This document shows, one piece after another, positions 27,893-37,081 of a DNA stretch of 55,924 nt. The position numbers and the translations under genes were made by a program. The stretch comes from an uncultured Acidimicrobiia bacterium (GTDB lineage: Bacteria; Actinomycetota; Acidimicrobiia; Spongiisociales; ZC4RG35): positions 1-55,924 of the forward strand of contig CAXMPK010000145.1 in the NCBI GenBank assembly GCA_964195405.1, in the 5' to 3' direction. Below the pieces are notes generated by a model, which did not search any database, was not told the origin of the DNA, and worked only from the letters and a program-made list of their open reading frames with translations. Position 1 is the stretch's first letter. Each line of letters starts with the position of its first letter.

Positions 27893-30800
27893 GTGTCCTT
27901 CGCTCATCTCCATCTCCACACCGAGTATTCACTCTTGGACGGTGCAGCGAAGATCAAAGATGTAGTCGCGGCGGCGGCAGCCGATGGTCAGCCTGCCATC
28001 GCCATAACCGATCACGGCAACATGTACGGGGTAGTCGACTTCGTCAAGACGGCTAACGACTTTGGAATCAAGCCAATCATTGGCATGGAGGCCTACTTCG
28101 TCCAGGGCTCCCGATTCGACCGTCCCACGGGCCGCGCTAACAAGCGTTATCACATGAACCTGCTTGCTGAGAACGAGACCGGTTATCGCAACCTCATCCA
28201 GCTCTCGTCTCGCGCCTATCTCGATGGTTACTACTACAAGCCAAGAATGGACCTCGAGCTACTTGCAGAGCACTCCGAGGGGCTCATTGCCACTTCGGGC
28301 TGTCTCGGCGGTTTGGTTCCCCAAATGCTCGGTCCGGACGCGGCTGGAGAGGATGCGAACCTGGGCGCCGTCCGAGATTTCGAGGCCGCCCTCGAGGCTG
28401 CCGGCCGATTTCAGGATGTTTTCGGCAAGGACAACTTCTTCATCGAGGTGCAAGATCACGGGATGGAAGCCCAGCGCCGGATAATGGGCGACCTGCTCGA
28501 CGTCTCGCGAAAAACGGGAGCCCCGCTTCTTGCCACAAACGACGCCCACTACACACGTCGTGAGGAGCACGACGCCCACGATGTGCTCCTCTGTATTCAA
28601 ACCGGTTCGCTTCGAAACGAGCCGGGACGTCTCCGCTTCGAGGGGTCCGAGCACTATCTGAAGTCCGCGGACGAGATGCAGAGACTTTTCCCGGCGGATC
28701 AGTTTCCCGACGCGTGTGCGAACTCGTTGGTGATAGCAGAGCGTTCTGATGTGAAGCTGGAGTTCGGCAACATCCTGCTCCCACAATTCCCCGTGCCCGA
28801 AGGTGAAACCGAAGTCACCTATCTGCGCCAACTGGTGGAGCAGGGTGCCCGGGAGCGCTACGGGAACAACCCCGACTCTGACATCTGGGAGCGGGTGGAG
28901 CACGAGATGAAGATCATCGAGGAGATGGGTTTCCCCGCTTATTTCCTGATTGTCTGGGACCTGATTCGGCACGCCAGGAAAAGCAACATTCGAGTCGGCC
29001 CCGGTCGAGGTTCTGCGGCAGGGTCAATCGTCTCGTATTGCCTGCGGATCACCGATATCGATCCCCTTGCATATGGCCTCATATTCGAGCGTTTCCTCAA
29101 CCCCGGTCGCAAGTCGATGCCCGACATCGACATGGACTTCGATGATCGGTATCGAGGGGAGATGATCCGGTATGCCGCAGAGAAATATGGCGAGGATCGG
29201 GTGGCTCAAATCATCACGTTCTCGACCATCAAGGGCAAACAGGCGATCCGTGACGCAGCTCGTGTGTTGGGGCATCCATACGCAATGGGCGACCGAATCG
29301 CCAAGGCGATGCCCCCGTCGATTTTGGGCAAAGACCCCACCCTCGATCAGGTGCTTTCGCCACCAACATCGGGTGCATCTATGGAGATCAAAGATTGGTA
29401 CTCCAATGCTCGAGGTCTCCGTGAGCTTTATGAAGGCGACCCTGGGGTGCGAGAGATAGTCGACTCAGCTCGCGGGCTGGAAGGGCTACGCCGACAGGAC
29501 TCGATCCATGCGGCTGCCGTGGTGATTGCCCCGGAGCGTCTTACGTCCATCGTTCCCGTCCAGCGCAAAGGCATTGACGCCGAGATGGTCACGCAGTTCG
29601 AGATGCACGGTGTGGAAGACCTCGGGTTGCTCAAGATGGATTTCCTCGGGTTGAGCACGTTGTCGATCATCGATCGCTGTCTCGAAATTGTCGAACGTAC
29701 CAAGGGTGAGCAGGTCGACATCGACAATGTTCCGCTCGACGACGCCAAGACATTCGAACTACTGCAACGGGGGGACACCATTGGAGTGTTCCAAATGGAA
29801 GGCTCTGCAATGAGGGCTCTGATTCGGTCGTTGAAGCCGGACAGTTTCGACGACGTCATTGCATTGGTTGCCCTGTTCCGTCCAGGTCCTATGGGCGCCA
29901 ACATGCACAACCTCTACGCGGACCGGAAGAACGGTCGTGCCGAAGTGGAGGTGCTTCACCCGATACTCACCGAAAAGCTCGCCGACACCTATCAGATCAT
30001 GGTGTATCAAGAGCAGGTGATGATGGTTGCCCAGGAGATTGCCGGCTATTCAATGGCCGATGCCGACGAATTGCGGCGGGCGATGGGCAAGAAGATCAAA
30101 TCGGTCATGAAAGCCGAGGAGGAGAAGTTCGTACAGGGGACAATCGATCAAGGGCACACTGAGCTGATCGGTCGAGAAATGTTCAAGCTGATCGAGCACT
30201 TCGCCGGCTACGGATTCAACCGCAGCCACGCAGCCGGATACGGGTTGCTGGCCTACCAAACAGCCTTCTTGAAGACCCACCACCCAGCGGAGTTTCTGGC
30301 GTCGCTGCTTACGGCAACCAAGTCCAACAAGGACAAGACCGGTGTCTATCTGAGTGAGTGCCGTCAGATGGGCATCGAAGTCCAAGTTCCCGACGTCAAC
30401 GAGTCGGAATCCGATTTCACAGTAAGCGAAGGGCGGATCCGATTTGGTCTGTCCGCCGTTCGAAATGTCGGCGAAGGTGTTGTCGAGAAGATCATCGATG
30501 CTCGAGAAGAAGAACCTTTTGATTCGTTCCTCGACTTCGTGAATCGCGTGGATACCGTCGCTCTCAACAAGCGAACGGTCGAGTCTTTGATCAAGGCCGG
30601 CGCATTTGATGCTGGGGGGCAGACCCGCAAGGGTTTGACTCTCGTCCACGAGCAGCTACTGAATGCAACACTCGAACGACGTCGCAACGAGGATATGGGC
30701 CAATACTCGTTGTTTGCCGGAGATGACTCGGTCGGCGAGGAGACCAACGTCGAGGTTCCCGACCTCACCTGGCCACGGAAGACCAAGCTGGCATTTGAAA

Positions 30801-31390
30801 AGGAAATGCTGGGTCTATACGTCTCCGACCACCCACTGCTGTCGGTTGGGGCCGCGCTTGCTGCAAGCACGACAACATCGATCTCAGAGCTAGGGGACCT
30901 CACCGATCGGAGCCCGGTTACGGTGGGAGGCATCGTCGGGGCGATAACACGGCGCTGGACCAAGAACGGTGATCCAATGCTGTTCTTCCAATTGGAGGAC
31001 TTGCAGGGGTCGGTCGAATGCATCGCCTTCCCCAAGACGGTTCATGACTACGGCCCGTTTATCGTCGAGGATGCGGTGTTGGTGATCTCAGGTTCGCTCG
31101 ATCATCGTGGCGACGATGTCAAGGTGGTAACTCGAGAGATCAAAGAACTCGAGATACGTGACGACTCGATTGTCCGGCTATCGGCTCCGGCCACACGTCT
31201 GACACCAGATGTCGTCAGCAGGCTGAAATCGATCTTGAGGAATCACCCGGGGTCGGCATCGGTGTTCCTTCACATGACAGATAACGGCGATACCAAAGTC
31301 TTGAAGCTCAGCAACTCCCACACGGTGGAACCGAGGTCGGCTTTGTTTGCCGAATTGAAGGAATTGCTCGGTCCAAAAGCGATCCTCTAG
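27893..31390 (+). CDS. dnaE: DNA polymerase III subunit alpha
   Basis: PHP domain HLHTEYSLLDG and TDHGN; GRGSAAGS, PDIDMDF, KMDFLGL, YGFNRSH; OB fold. Confidence 0.98.
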   Translation: MSFAHLHLHTEYSLLDGAAKIKDVVAAAAADGQPAIAITDHGNMYGVVDFVKTANDFGIKPIIGMEAYFVQGSRFDRPTGRANKRYHMNLLAENETGYRNLIQLSSRAYLDGYYYKPRMDLELLAEHSEGLIATSGCLGGLVPQMLGPDAAGEDANLGAVRDFEAALEAAGRFQDVFGKDNFFIEVQDHGMEAQRRIMGDLLDVSRKTGAPLLATNDAHYTRREEHDAHDVLLCIQTGSLRNEPGRLRFEGSEHYLKSADEMQRLFPADQFPDACANSLVIAERSDVKLEFGNILLPQFPVPEGETEVTYLRQLVEQGARERYGNNPDSDIWERVEHEMKIIEEMGFPAYFLIVWDLIRHARKSNIRVGPGRGSAAGSIVSYCLRITDIDPLAYGLIFERFLNPGRKSMPDIDMDFDDRYRGEMIRYAAEKYGEDRVAQIITFSTIKGKQAIRDAARVLGHPYAMGDRIAKAMPPSILGKDPTLDQVLSPPTSGASMEIKDWYSNARGLRELYEGDPGVREIVDSARGLEGLRRQDSIHAAAVVIAPERLTSIVPVQRKGIDAEMVTQFEMHGVEDLGLLKMDFLGLSTLSIIDRCLEIVERTKGEQVDIDNVPLDDAKTFELLQRGDTIGVFQMEGSAMRALIRSLKPDSFDDVIALVALFRPGPMGANMHNLYADRKNGRAEVEVLHPILTEKLADTYQIMVYQEQVMMVAQEIAGYSMADADELRRAMGKKIKSVMKAEEEKFVQGTIDQGHTELIGREMFKLIEHFAGYGFNRSHAAGYGLLAYQTAFLKTHHPAEFLASLLTATKSNKDKTGVYLSECRQMGIEVQVPDVNESESDFTVSEGRIRFGLSAVRNVGEGVVEKIIDAREEEPFDSFLDFVNRVDTVALNKRTVESLIKAGAFDAGGQTRKGLTLVHEQLLNATLERRRNEDMGQYSLFAGDDSVGEETNVEVPDLTWPRKTKLAFEKEMLGLYVSDHPLLSVGAALAASTTTSISELGDLTDRSPVTVGGIVGAITRRWTKNGDPMLFFQLEDLQGSVECIAFPKTVHDYGPFIVEDAVLVISGSLDHRGDDVKVVTREIKELEIRDDSIVRLSAPATRLTPDVVSRLKSILRNHPGSASVFLHMTDNGDTKVLKLSNSHTVEPRSALFAELKELLGPKAIL

Positions 31391-31418
31391 ACCGCTTGTG
31401 GTCTAGAGCGACAACCCA

Positions 31419-32219
31419 CTAGTTCAGATCTCTCTGGGCGATTTGGGCCAGGGTTGCCGAACGTCCATGACGACGGCCCAGGAGATATGCCACGATCGAT
31501 GCGGCGACAGTGCCCGTCCCGACCCCACCGAATGCCATTGCCCGTTTTGCTTTGCGGGCAAAGATGACAACTGGCCAACCTCGTTCATGGGCCACTCTGT
31601 CGAGGTTCGAGTCCGGGTTCACCGCTACCGGATGGCCTACAAGTTCCATCATTGGAAGGTCAGAGACCGAGTCCGAATATGCGTAGCAAAGGGCGAGGTC
31701 GTACCCGCGATCGGATGCCAGTTTCTCAACGGACTCCGCCTTGCCCTCTCCATAGACAAAAGGACCGTCGAGCTTGCCGGTGTAATGGCCGTCGACGATT
31801 TCGCCTTTGGTGCCTATTGCACCCCTCATCCCGAGTGAAAGGGCAAGCGGCTCAACCATCTTCTGGGGACTGGCTGAGACGATCCACGTCTCCCGCCCTG
31901 CTTCATGGTGCATGTTGATGAGCTTGTGTGCCTCGGGCCGAACCTTCTTCTCGAGATGAGGAAGGACTGCCCCGCCGAGTGCGTCGACAGCGGAAGCGGA
32001 TGCACCGGCGATTTGGACGAGCAGTTCGCTGCCGACTGCGTCCGTCGAGTCGTCGCCTTTGTCACCGAGGAGGATGAACACAAGAGCGGCTGCTGCCCAT
32101 TTGGCCATTTCCGAATTGTCTGCCAGCCCTTCGCGCCAGGCCTCGATACCGACTGGCAGAAGCGACGTTCCGGCGATGAGGGTGCGGTCGAGGTCAAAGA
32201 AGGCTGCTGCGTTCGGCAT
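31419..32219 (-). CDS. HAD-IB family hydrolase (SerB1/Rv3661-like) with a C-terminal hydrophobic tail
   Basis: AAFFDLDRT, IVSAS, GKA, AYSDSVSDLPM..VGHPVAVNPD; C-terminal AMAFGGVGTGTVAASIVAYLLGRRH. Confidence 0.9.
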   Translation of the reverse strand: MPNAAAFFDLDRTLIAGTSLLPVGIEAWREGLADNSEMAKWAAAALVFILLGDKGDDSTDAVGSELLVQIAGASASAVDALGGAVLPHLEKKVRPEAHKLINMHHEAGRETWIVSASPQKMVEPLALSLGMRGAIGTKGEIVDGHYTGKLDGPFVYGEGKAESVEKLASDRGYDLALCYAYSDSVSDLPMMELVGHPVAVNPDSNLDRVAHERGWPVVIFARKAKRAMAFGGVGTGTVAASIVAYLLGRRHGRSATLAQIAQRDLN

Positions 32220-32228
32220 CTCCTCAGC

Positions 32229-33269
32229 CTATGTCGGTTCGACGCCGAGTCGGTCCCAGGGGACGTCGGACGCTTTGTCCATCAGCTCGGCGAGACTGAC
32301 GAAATCGTTTGGTGGCGTAGCCGACCATGGGACTGTTGCGATGTGAGCACCGTGGCGTGCTGAGAACTCAGCCCGGGTGTCGTGTTGTCGCTGAGTTTCG
32401 GCCGACCACATCTCTGCGAGTCGCCTCATCTCGGCTGATGCGGCGGCGGGCGCCTTGACGCCCATCCAAGAGTCCGGAAGAGCGCGATTGAAGATTACGG
32501 CTTCCGGGGTAGAAGCAATTTGGGGCAACTCCCGGTAGAAGCGCACGGCTTCGCGGACAGGTGCCGGATCGGCCGTGGTGACAACGACAATGGAAGATGC
32601 CCGCATGACATTCTCTATCTCGCGACCACGTTGAGCGACACCGTCGTACGTTGTGCGTAGGTCGAGAAGGAACTCGGCTACCCGTTCCAGGAGATCCGAT
32701 CCAAGCAGCGAATCGGCCAACCGGAGCATAGGTCTGCCAGCACGGTCGTAGAAGAAGCGGCGTCCCGGCAAGGGACCCCCGGTTATCCAGCGGAGAAGCC
32801 GGCCACCGACTAGATCGGCCATCTGCGCGGGTGCGGTGAAGAAGTCAATGCCACCACCCGACGGCGGTGTGTCCACGACGACCAGATCCCAGGCCCGTGC
32901 CTGGACAAAGGTCACAGCCTGGTCGGCCGCGGCATATGACTGTGAAGCAGGGAAGTGCTCCGACGCTGCCAAGAAGAACTCGTTTTCGGCAAGCCGTGTG
33001 GCCACCTCGGGGTCAGCGTGGCGTTCTGCGACTGCTCGCCATGAGGCCGAAGCATCCAACATCGCCGCCCAGAGCGCTGGTTCGTCTTTGTGTGGCTGCG
33101 GCTCATCACCAAGATCGTCAACACCAAGTGCCGTGGCCAGACGTCGCGCCGGGTCGACCGTGACAACGAGGGTTCTCAGACCGGCGCGGGCGGCCTTGAC
33201 AGCCATGGCGGCCGCGATAGTGGTCTTCCCAACACCACCTGCTCCGGTGACAATGATCGTTGCTGTCAT
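32229..33269 (-). CDS. ArsA/Get3-like ATPase (Rv3680/BagB type)
   Basis: GAGGVGKTT, VTVDPARRLA, DLVVVDTPP. Confidence 0.9.
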   Translation of the reverse strand: MTATIIVTGAGGVGKTTIAAAMAVKAARAGLRTLVVTVDPARRLATALGVDDLGDEPQPHKDEPALWAAMLDASASWRAVAERHADPEVATRLAENEFFLAASEHFPASQSYAAADQAVTFVQARAWDLVVVDTPPSGGGIDFFTAPAQMADLVGGRLLRWITGGPLPGRRFFYDRAGRPMLRLADSLLGSDLLERVAEFLLDLRTTYDGVAQRGREIENVMRASSIVVVTTADPAPVREAVRFYRELPQIASTPEAVIFNRALPDSWMGVKAPAAASAEMRRLAEMWSAETQRQHDTRAEFSARHGAHIATVPWSATPPNDFVSLAELMDKASDVPWDRLGVEPT

Positions 33270-34111
33270 CGCAGCTGGTCCAACTCGTCGCTCATCCGCG
33301 CAGCAACTTCACCCGGCGTGAAAAGCCCAAACATGTAGGGGATTCGCAACTTGTCATCAACCCGATCAAGCCAGTCCTGCTGCTCAGACCAAAGTGACCT
33401 GTGAAGTAACGCCATTTCCCCGACGCGCCCTCGCTGTGCCGATGTGTCTGAGAGTTCAGGGAGCACTCGGTTGGTCAACACCAAAGGGTCGGCAACCAAA
33501 TGTTGGCGGCCGAGCCAATCCATGGTGTCGAGAGTCTCGGTGGTTGGGAGTTCTTCGGGCAGATTCACCAGGACGAGTTGAGTGACATCAGGGTTGCTGA
33601 GCGTCTCCTGCATCCACTCTGACTGTTGACGAATTCGGCCTGTGGGCACCAGCTCGGAGATCGACAAGGGGGCTCGAAGGTATGAGCCGATTTGACCTGT
33701 TGGAGGGGCATCGGCAACGACCAGATCCCATCGATCTTCTTTCACCTCCCAGAGGACTTTGCCAATGGTGATGATTTCTCGGATTGCGGGTGCGGCGGTC
33801 GCCAGAGCATCGAAGGCGCGGGCGAAGGCACCGAATCGTCCCATGCCGGGAAGTCGCAATTGCAGAGAGAGATACTCGAGAAGCGCTTTGGAACGGACCA
33901 TGTGCATTGCATGCAAGCCAGGCTTCACTTCTCGTGGCTTGAAGTCCAGTGAACCAGTTGAGAAGTGGGCCGACAACCCGCCTGCCGAACCCATTTCTAC
34001 CGCGAGGACTCGAAGACCCTGCCGTTGAGCGAGAAGGGCAAGCCCAGCAGAGACAGCGGATTTGCCGACGCCTCCCTTGCCGGAGACGATAACGAGTCGC
34101 TTGTCGAGCAC
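33266..34111 (-). CDS. ArsA/Get3-like ATPase (Rv3679/BagA type)
   Basis: SGKGGVGKS, DLVVADAPPTG, LPEELP..ET. Start trimmed to GTG 34111 (MLDKRLVIV). Confidence 0.88.
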   Translation of the reverse strand: MLDKRLVIVSGKGGVGKSAVSAGLALLAQRQGLRVLAVEMGSAGGLSAHFSTGSLDFKPREVKPGLHAMHMVRSKALLEYLSLQLRLPGMGRFGAFARAFDALATAAPAIREIITIGKVLWEVKEDRWDLVVADAPPTGQIGSYLRAPLSISELVPTGRIRQQSEWMQETLSNPDVTQLVLVNLPEELPTTETLDTMDWLGRQHLVADPLVLTNRVLPELSDTSAQRGRVGEMALLHRSLWSEQQDWLDRVDDKLRIPYMFGLFTPGEVAARMSDELDQLR

Positions 34112-34125
34112 TTGGGTCGCTGCCT

Positions 34126-34344
34126 CTACCCCTGGGGGCCGAGTGGAATCTTCAGAATGAGTTGGCCCTCCTCCACCGCCCACGCTGCGTTGGCGACGAG
34201 GGCGAAGTCTGTGTAGTCGGTTTGGGCCTGATCGATGAACTTTTGCCGTTCTTCCCCGGCGACCGGAGGAAGTGGGCGATCCCTCACTGCTTGAGCGCGG
34301 TTGCGGAACCGCTCGATCATTGCGTCTATGTCGAACTCAGCCAT
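34126..34344 (-). CDS. Small hypothetical protein (72 aa)
   Basis: MAEFDIDAMIERFRNRA...LPPVAGEERQKF...; TAACGT lies 6 nt before the ATG, and the gene fills the gap between thyX and the ATPases. Confidence 0.8.
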   Translation of the reverse strand: MAEFDIDAMIERFRNRAQAVRDRPLPPVAGEERQKFIDQAQTDYTDFALVANAAWAVEEGQLILKIPLGPQG

Positions 34345-34370
34345 GACCCGACGTTATACGACCCAGCACC

Positions 34371-35996
34371 TCAGTCCGAGCTGATTGTCGCCTCTCGCTT
34401 CTTTTGCGCTCTTCGCTCTCCCTCGAGCCGCTCGAGGTCGGTGTCTGTGTAGTCGACAAACATCATTGAGTCGGCGATGAGACGGTGACCGGCGACGTCA
34501 CGAATCGCGCGGTGCATTTGTTGCGCGACCGAGCGATACGCCGGATGTCCCGCGGGTTGGCTGCGTAGCTCGATGAGATGGAATGCCTGCCTCGGATTCA
34601 TTTCCATCACGAAACGAATGTTGAAGGCGAATGGAACCATGTATTGAGCGACATCGGGACCAAGGGAATCTCGGACTGCCTCATACATCTCTCCCGAGTC
34701 GTCCATGAGGCTGGTCCACTCGTGGCCAAGACCATGTGACACCACTTCCTCCGGTAGGTCGTAGCCAAGTCGTGTCGAGTACCTCTGCCATTCGAGGGTC
34801 ATCAGTCGATGTCGCTGCAGATCGCGAAAAGCACCGATGTCACATTTCACATCGAATCGATACGTGGTGCGTTCCATCGCTCGTCCTGGCTTGTGTCGGC
34901 GGTTCCCGCGCTGACCGATCATCGATGCCAAGACCTCCGCCTGTTGGGCCTGGGTCATATCGCGGGCGATCTGCTGGAGCTGGGAATCTGGGAGCTCAGA
35001 GGCCGCATACAAGGCGGCGGCGACGATCTTGACTTCGGCATCGGAGTCCCAATCGGTGAGGGTGACGCTGGCGCCTTCGTCTGTCGGGTCCCCGAGAGCT
35101 GCTCCATGAGCTTCGAGGTCGTCGCGAACATCGCTCAGGTATCTCGCCCACCGTATTCCACGGTCTTCGAGATCGACTCTTGTCAGGAACGACGGGATGA
35201 CTTTGCGAAGCTCTCCGAGCATGAGACTCCCGTAGTCACGTACCTCATCGAGCGGGCTCGATTGCATTCGCACCAAAGACATCTCGTACGCCTGGCCGGT
35301 CCCGTAGATGCCAACATTCGAAAGAGTTGCCACCGGCAGCAGGCCACGGACCGTGTCGCAAGCCTTGGCCCGGATCGTCCCGGCCCACACCCACTTCGGG
35401 TCTCCCTCGGAGCGCGGAAACCTCTCCTCATAAACAGTTGTCATCTCGGCGACCATCCGTGAGTAGCTATCGAACACACGGTCCATGTGGCGCTGATACC
35501 TGTCGGCAAATGGGGACTGCGCCAATTCGTCCGGAATCAGGTAGCGGTAGCGATCGCCGAGACGGACGTCGTATCGGATGTAGCGCGTCGACTGCTCCAG
35601 ATACGCCGCTAGGCGACCCCATTCGAGCACCTTTGTGAGCAGATTCGAGGCCTGTTCACAAGCGAGGTGTGCACCGCCGAGTTGGGCAACCGAGTCGTCT
35701 CCGAAGTCGAAAAAGACACGCTCATAGAGTTGTTCCGCCTTCTTGGTGGCGACTAGCCGGTCGTCGCCGCTTGCCGCTGCAATGGCGTCGATGCCGTTCT
35801 CAGGGTCAGCCATGAATTCATCAAGAAACAAACGACGAAGCGATTTGGCTGACCTCGAGTAGCGGGCGAAGAGGGCGCCTTTGACAACTTCAGGAAGATT
35901 GATCAGTCCAAACACGGGAAGATCGGTGTTAGTGAAGAAACGACCGAGGACAGCTGACTCCTGAGGTGTGAAGGTCTCTGTGTGGTAACTCGACAC
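34371..35996 (-). CDS. thyX: FAD-dependent thymidylate synthase ThyX, tandem two-domain form
   Basis: ALFARYSRS, FGDDSVAQL, EQSTRY, RGLLP in domain 1; RDLQRHR and ELRS...GH..YR in domain 2; 541 aa. Confidence 0.88.
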   Translation of the reverse strand: MSSYHTETFTPQESAVLGRFFTNTDLPVFGLINLPEVVKGALFARYSRSAKSLRRLFLDEFMADPENGIDAIAAASGDDRLVATKKAEQLYERVFFDFGDDSVAQLGGAHLACEQASNLLTKVLEWGRLAAYLEQSTRYIRYDVRLGDRYRYLIPDELAQSPFADRYQRHMDRVFDSYSRMVAEMTTVYEERFPRSEGDPKWVWAGTIRAKACDTVRGLLPVATLSNVGIYGTGQAYEMSLVRMQSSPLDEVRDYGSLMLGELRKVIPSFLTRVDLEDRGIRWARYLSDVRDDLEAHGAALGDPTDEGASVTLTDWDSDAEVKIVAAALYAASELPDSQLQQIARDMTQAQQAEVLASMIGQRGNRRHKPGRAMERTTYRFDVKCDIGAFRDLQRHRLMTLEWQRYSTRLGYDLPEEVVSHGLGHEWTSLMDDSGEMYEAVRDSLGPDVAQYMVPFAFNIRFVMEMNPRQAFHLIELRSQPAGHPAYRSVAQQMHRAIRDVAGHRLIADSMMFVDYTDTDLERLEGERRAQKKREATISSD

Positions 35997-36050
35997 GGGC
36001 GAGCGATTGTACGGGGTATCGGAACGTCGACGGGTTAGCGTTTCGTTGTT

Positions 36051-36329
36051 GTGACCGTGTTTCTAATTCGTCTTGCAGTTTTCCTTCTTGGAGCTGTCGC
36101 CGTGGGTCTCGCTGCTGTCCCGATCCTGGTGATGATTGATCTGCTCGGTGGCGGCACCGGCTACGGATTGTGTGCCAGTGGCCTCGAGCTTTGCGACAAC
36201 CCGTATTCGACGGCAGCCGAACTTGCCGTGTTCCTGACATTGGCGCTTTTCGGGACGGTGTTGCTGATCCGGCTCCTGATGAGGTTGGCCAGGCGGCTTC
36301 AAGATGATTCCTATCAAGTGACGCAGTAA
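36051..36329 (+). CDS. Small two-TM membrane protein with a Cys-x6-Cys loop
   Basis: Two hydrophobic helices flank GGGTGYGLCASGLELCDNPY; basic C-terminus. Confidence 0.72.
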   Translation: MTVFLIRLAVFLLGAVAVGLAAVPILVMIDLLGGGTGYGLCASGLELCDNPYSTAAELAVFLTLALFGTVLLIRLLMRLARRLQDDSYQVTQ

Positions 36330-36392
36330 CTCCTAGGTGTCTGCTGATTACCTTGCGGCTGGGAGCCCAGATCGAGCCAATACGATGCGTCG

Positions 36393-37076
36393 ATGCCAGG
36401 AGATCGCGCCGACGGGTCGACACCAACACGAAGTGAACGAGGAAAGGCCCGGGCTGTGCTCAATCGGTTGCTCACTCGCTTCCCGAGAACTGGAACGGCC
36501 CTTGACTACGCGGACGCGTGGCAACTGCTGGTGGTCACCGTTCTCTCGGCACAAACAACCGACGAGAACGTCAACAGAGTGGCTCCAAACCTCTTTGCGG
36601 CCTACCCGACCCCAGCCGCACTTGCTGATGCCAGACCCGAAGACGTCGAGCAGATTGTTTTCTCGACTGGTTTCTACCGACAGAAGACCAAGTCGATAAT
36701 TCGTCTTGCTCAGGATCTGGAAGATGTGCACGACGGCCAGGTTCCGTCGGATATCGACAAGCTGGTCAAACTCCAAGGTGTAGGCCGAAAGACGGCTTCC
36801 GTCGTGCTGGCCGAAGTTTGGGATATCCCGGCTATCGCAGTCGATACCCACGTCAAGAGGGTCGCCGGCAAGCTTGGCCTCACGGGAGAGACCGACCCGG
36901 TCAAAATCGAGACTGATCTCAAGGCTCTCTATCCCGTGAAGACGTGGTCGGGCCTCTCGATGCGATTCATCCAATTTGGTCGCGACACATGCGACGCAAA
37001 ACGGCCGCTGTGTGGCTCGTGTGAGATGTTCGCATTGTGTGAGTGGCCGAGCCGGTACGAGCAGGCCGGTAGATAG
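36393..37076 (+). CDS. nth: Endonuclease III
   Basis: LSAQTTD..VN, HhH GVGRKTA, AVDTHV.R, Fe-S motif C-x6-C-x2-C-x5-C. Confidence 0.96.
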   Translation: MPGDRADGSTPTRSERGKARAVLNRLLTRFPRTGTALDYADAWQLLVVTVLSAQTTDENVNRVAPNLFAAYPTPAALADARPEDVEQIVFSTGFYRQKTKSIIRLAQDLEDVHDGQVPSDIDKLVKLQGVGRKTASVVLAEVWDIPAIAVDTHVKRVAGKLGLTGETDPVKIETDLKALYPVKTWSGLSMRFIQFGRDTCDAKRPLCGSCEMFALCEWPSRYEQAGR

Positions 37077-37081
37077 AAGCG

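Noticed and set aside
27893-31390. Intein or split in dnaE
   Set aside because: The length (1165 aa) is normal, and no intein splice-junction or LAGLIDADG motifs were seen.
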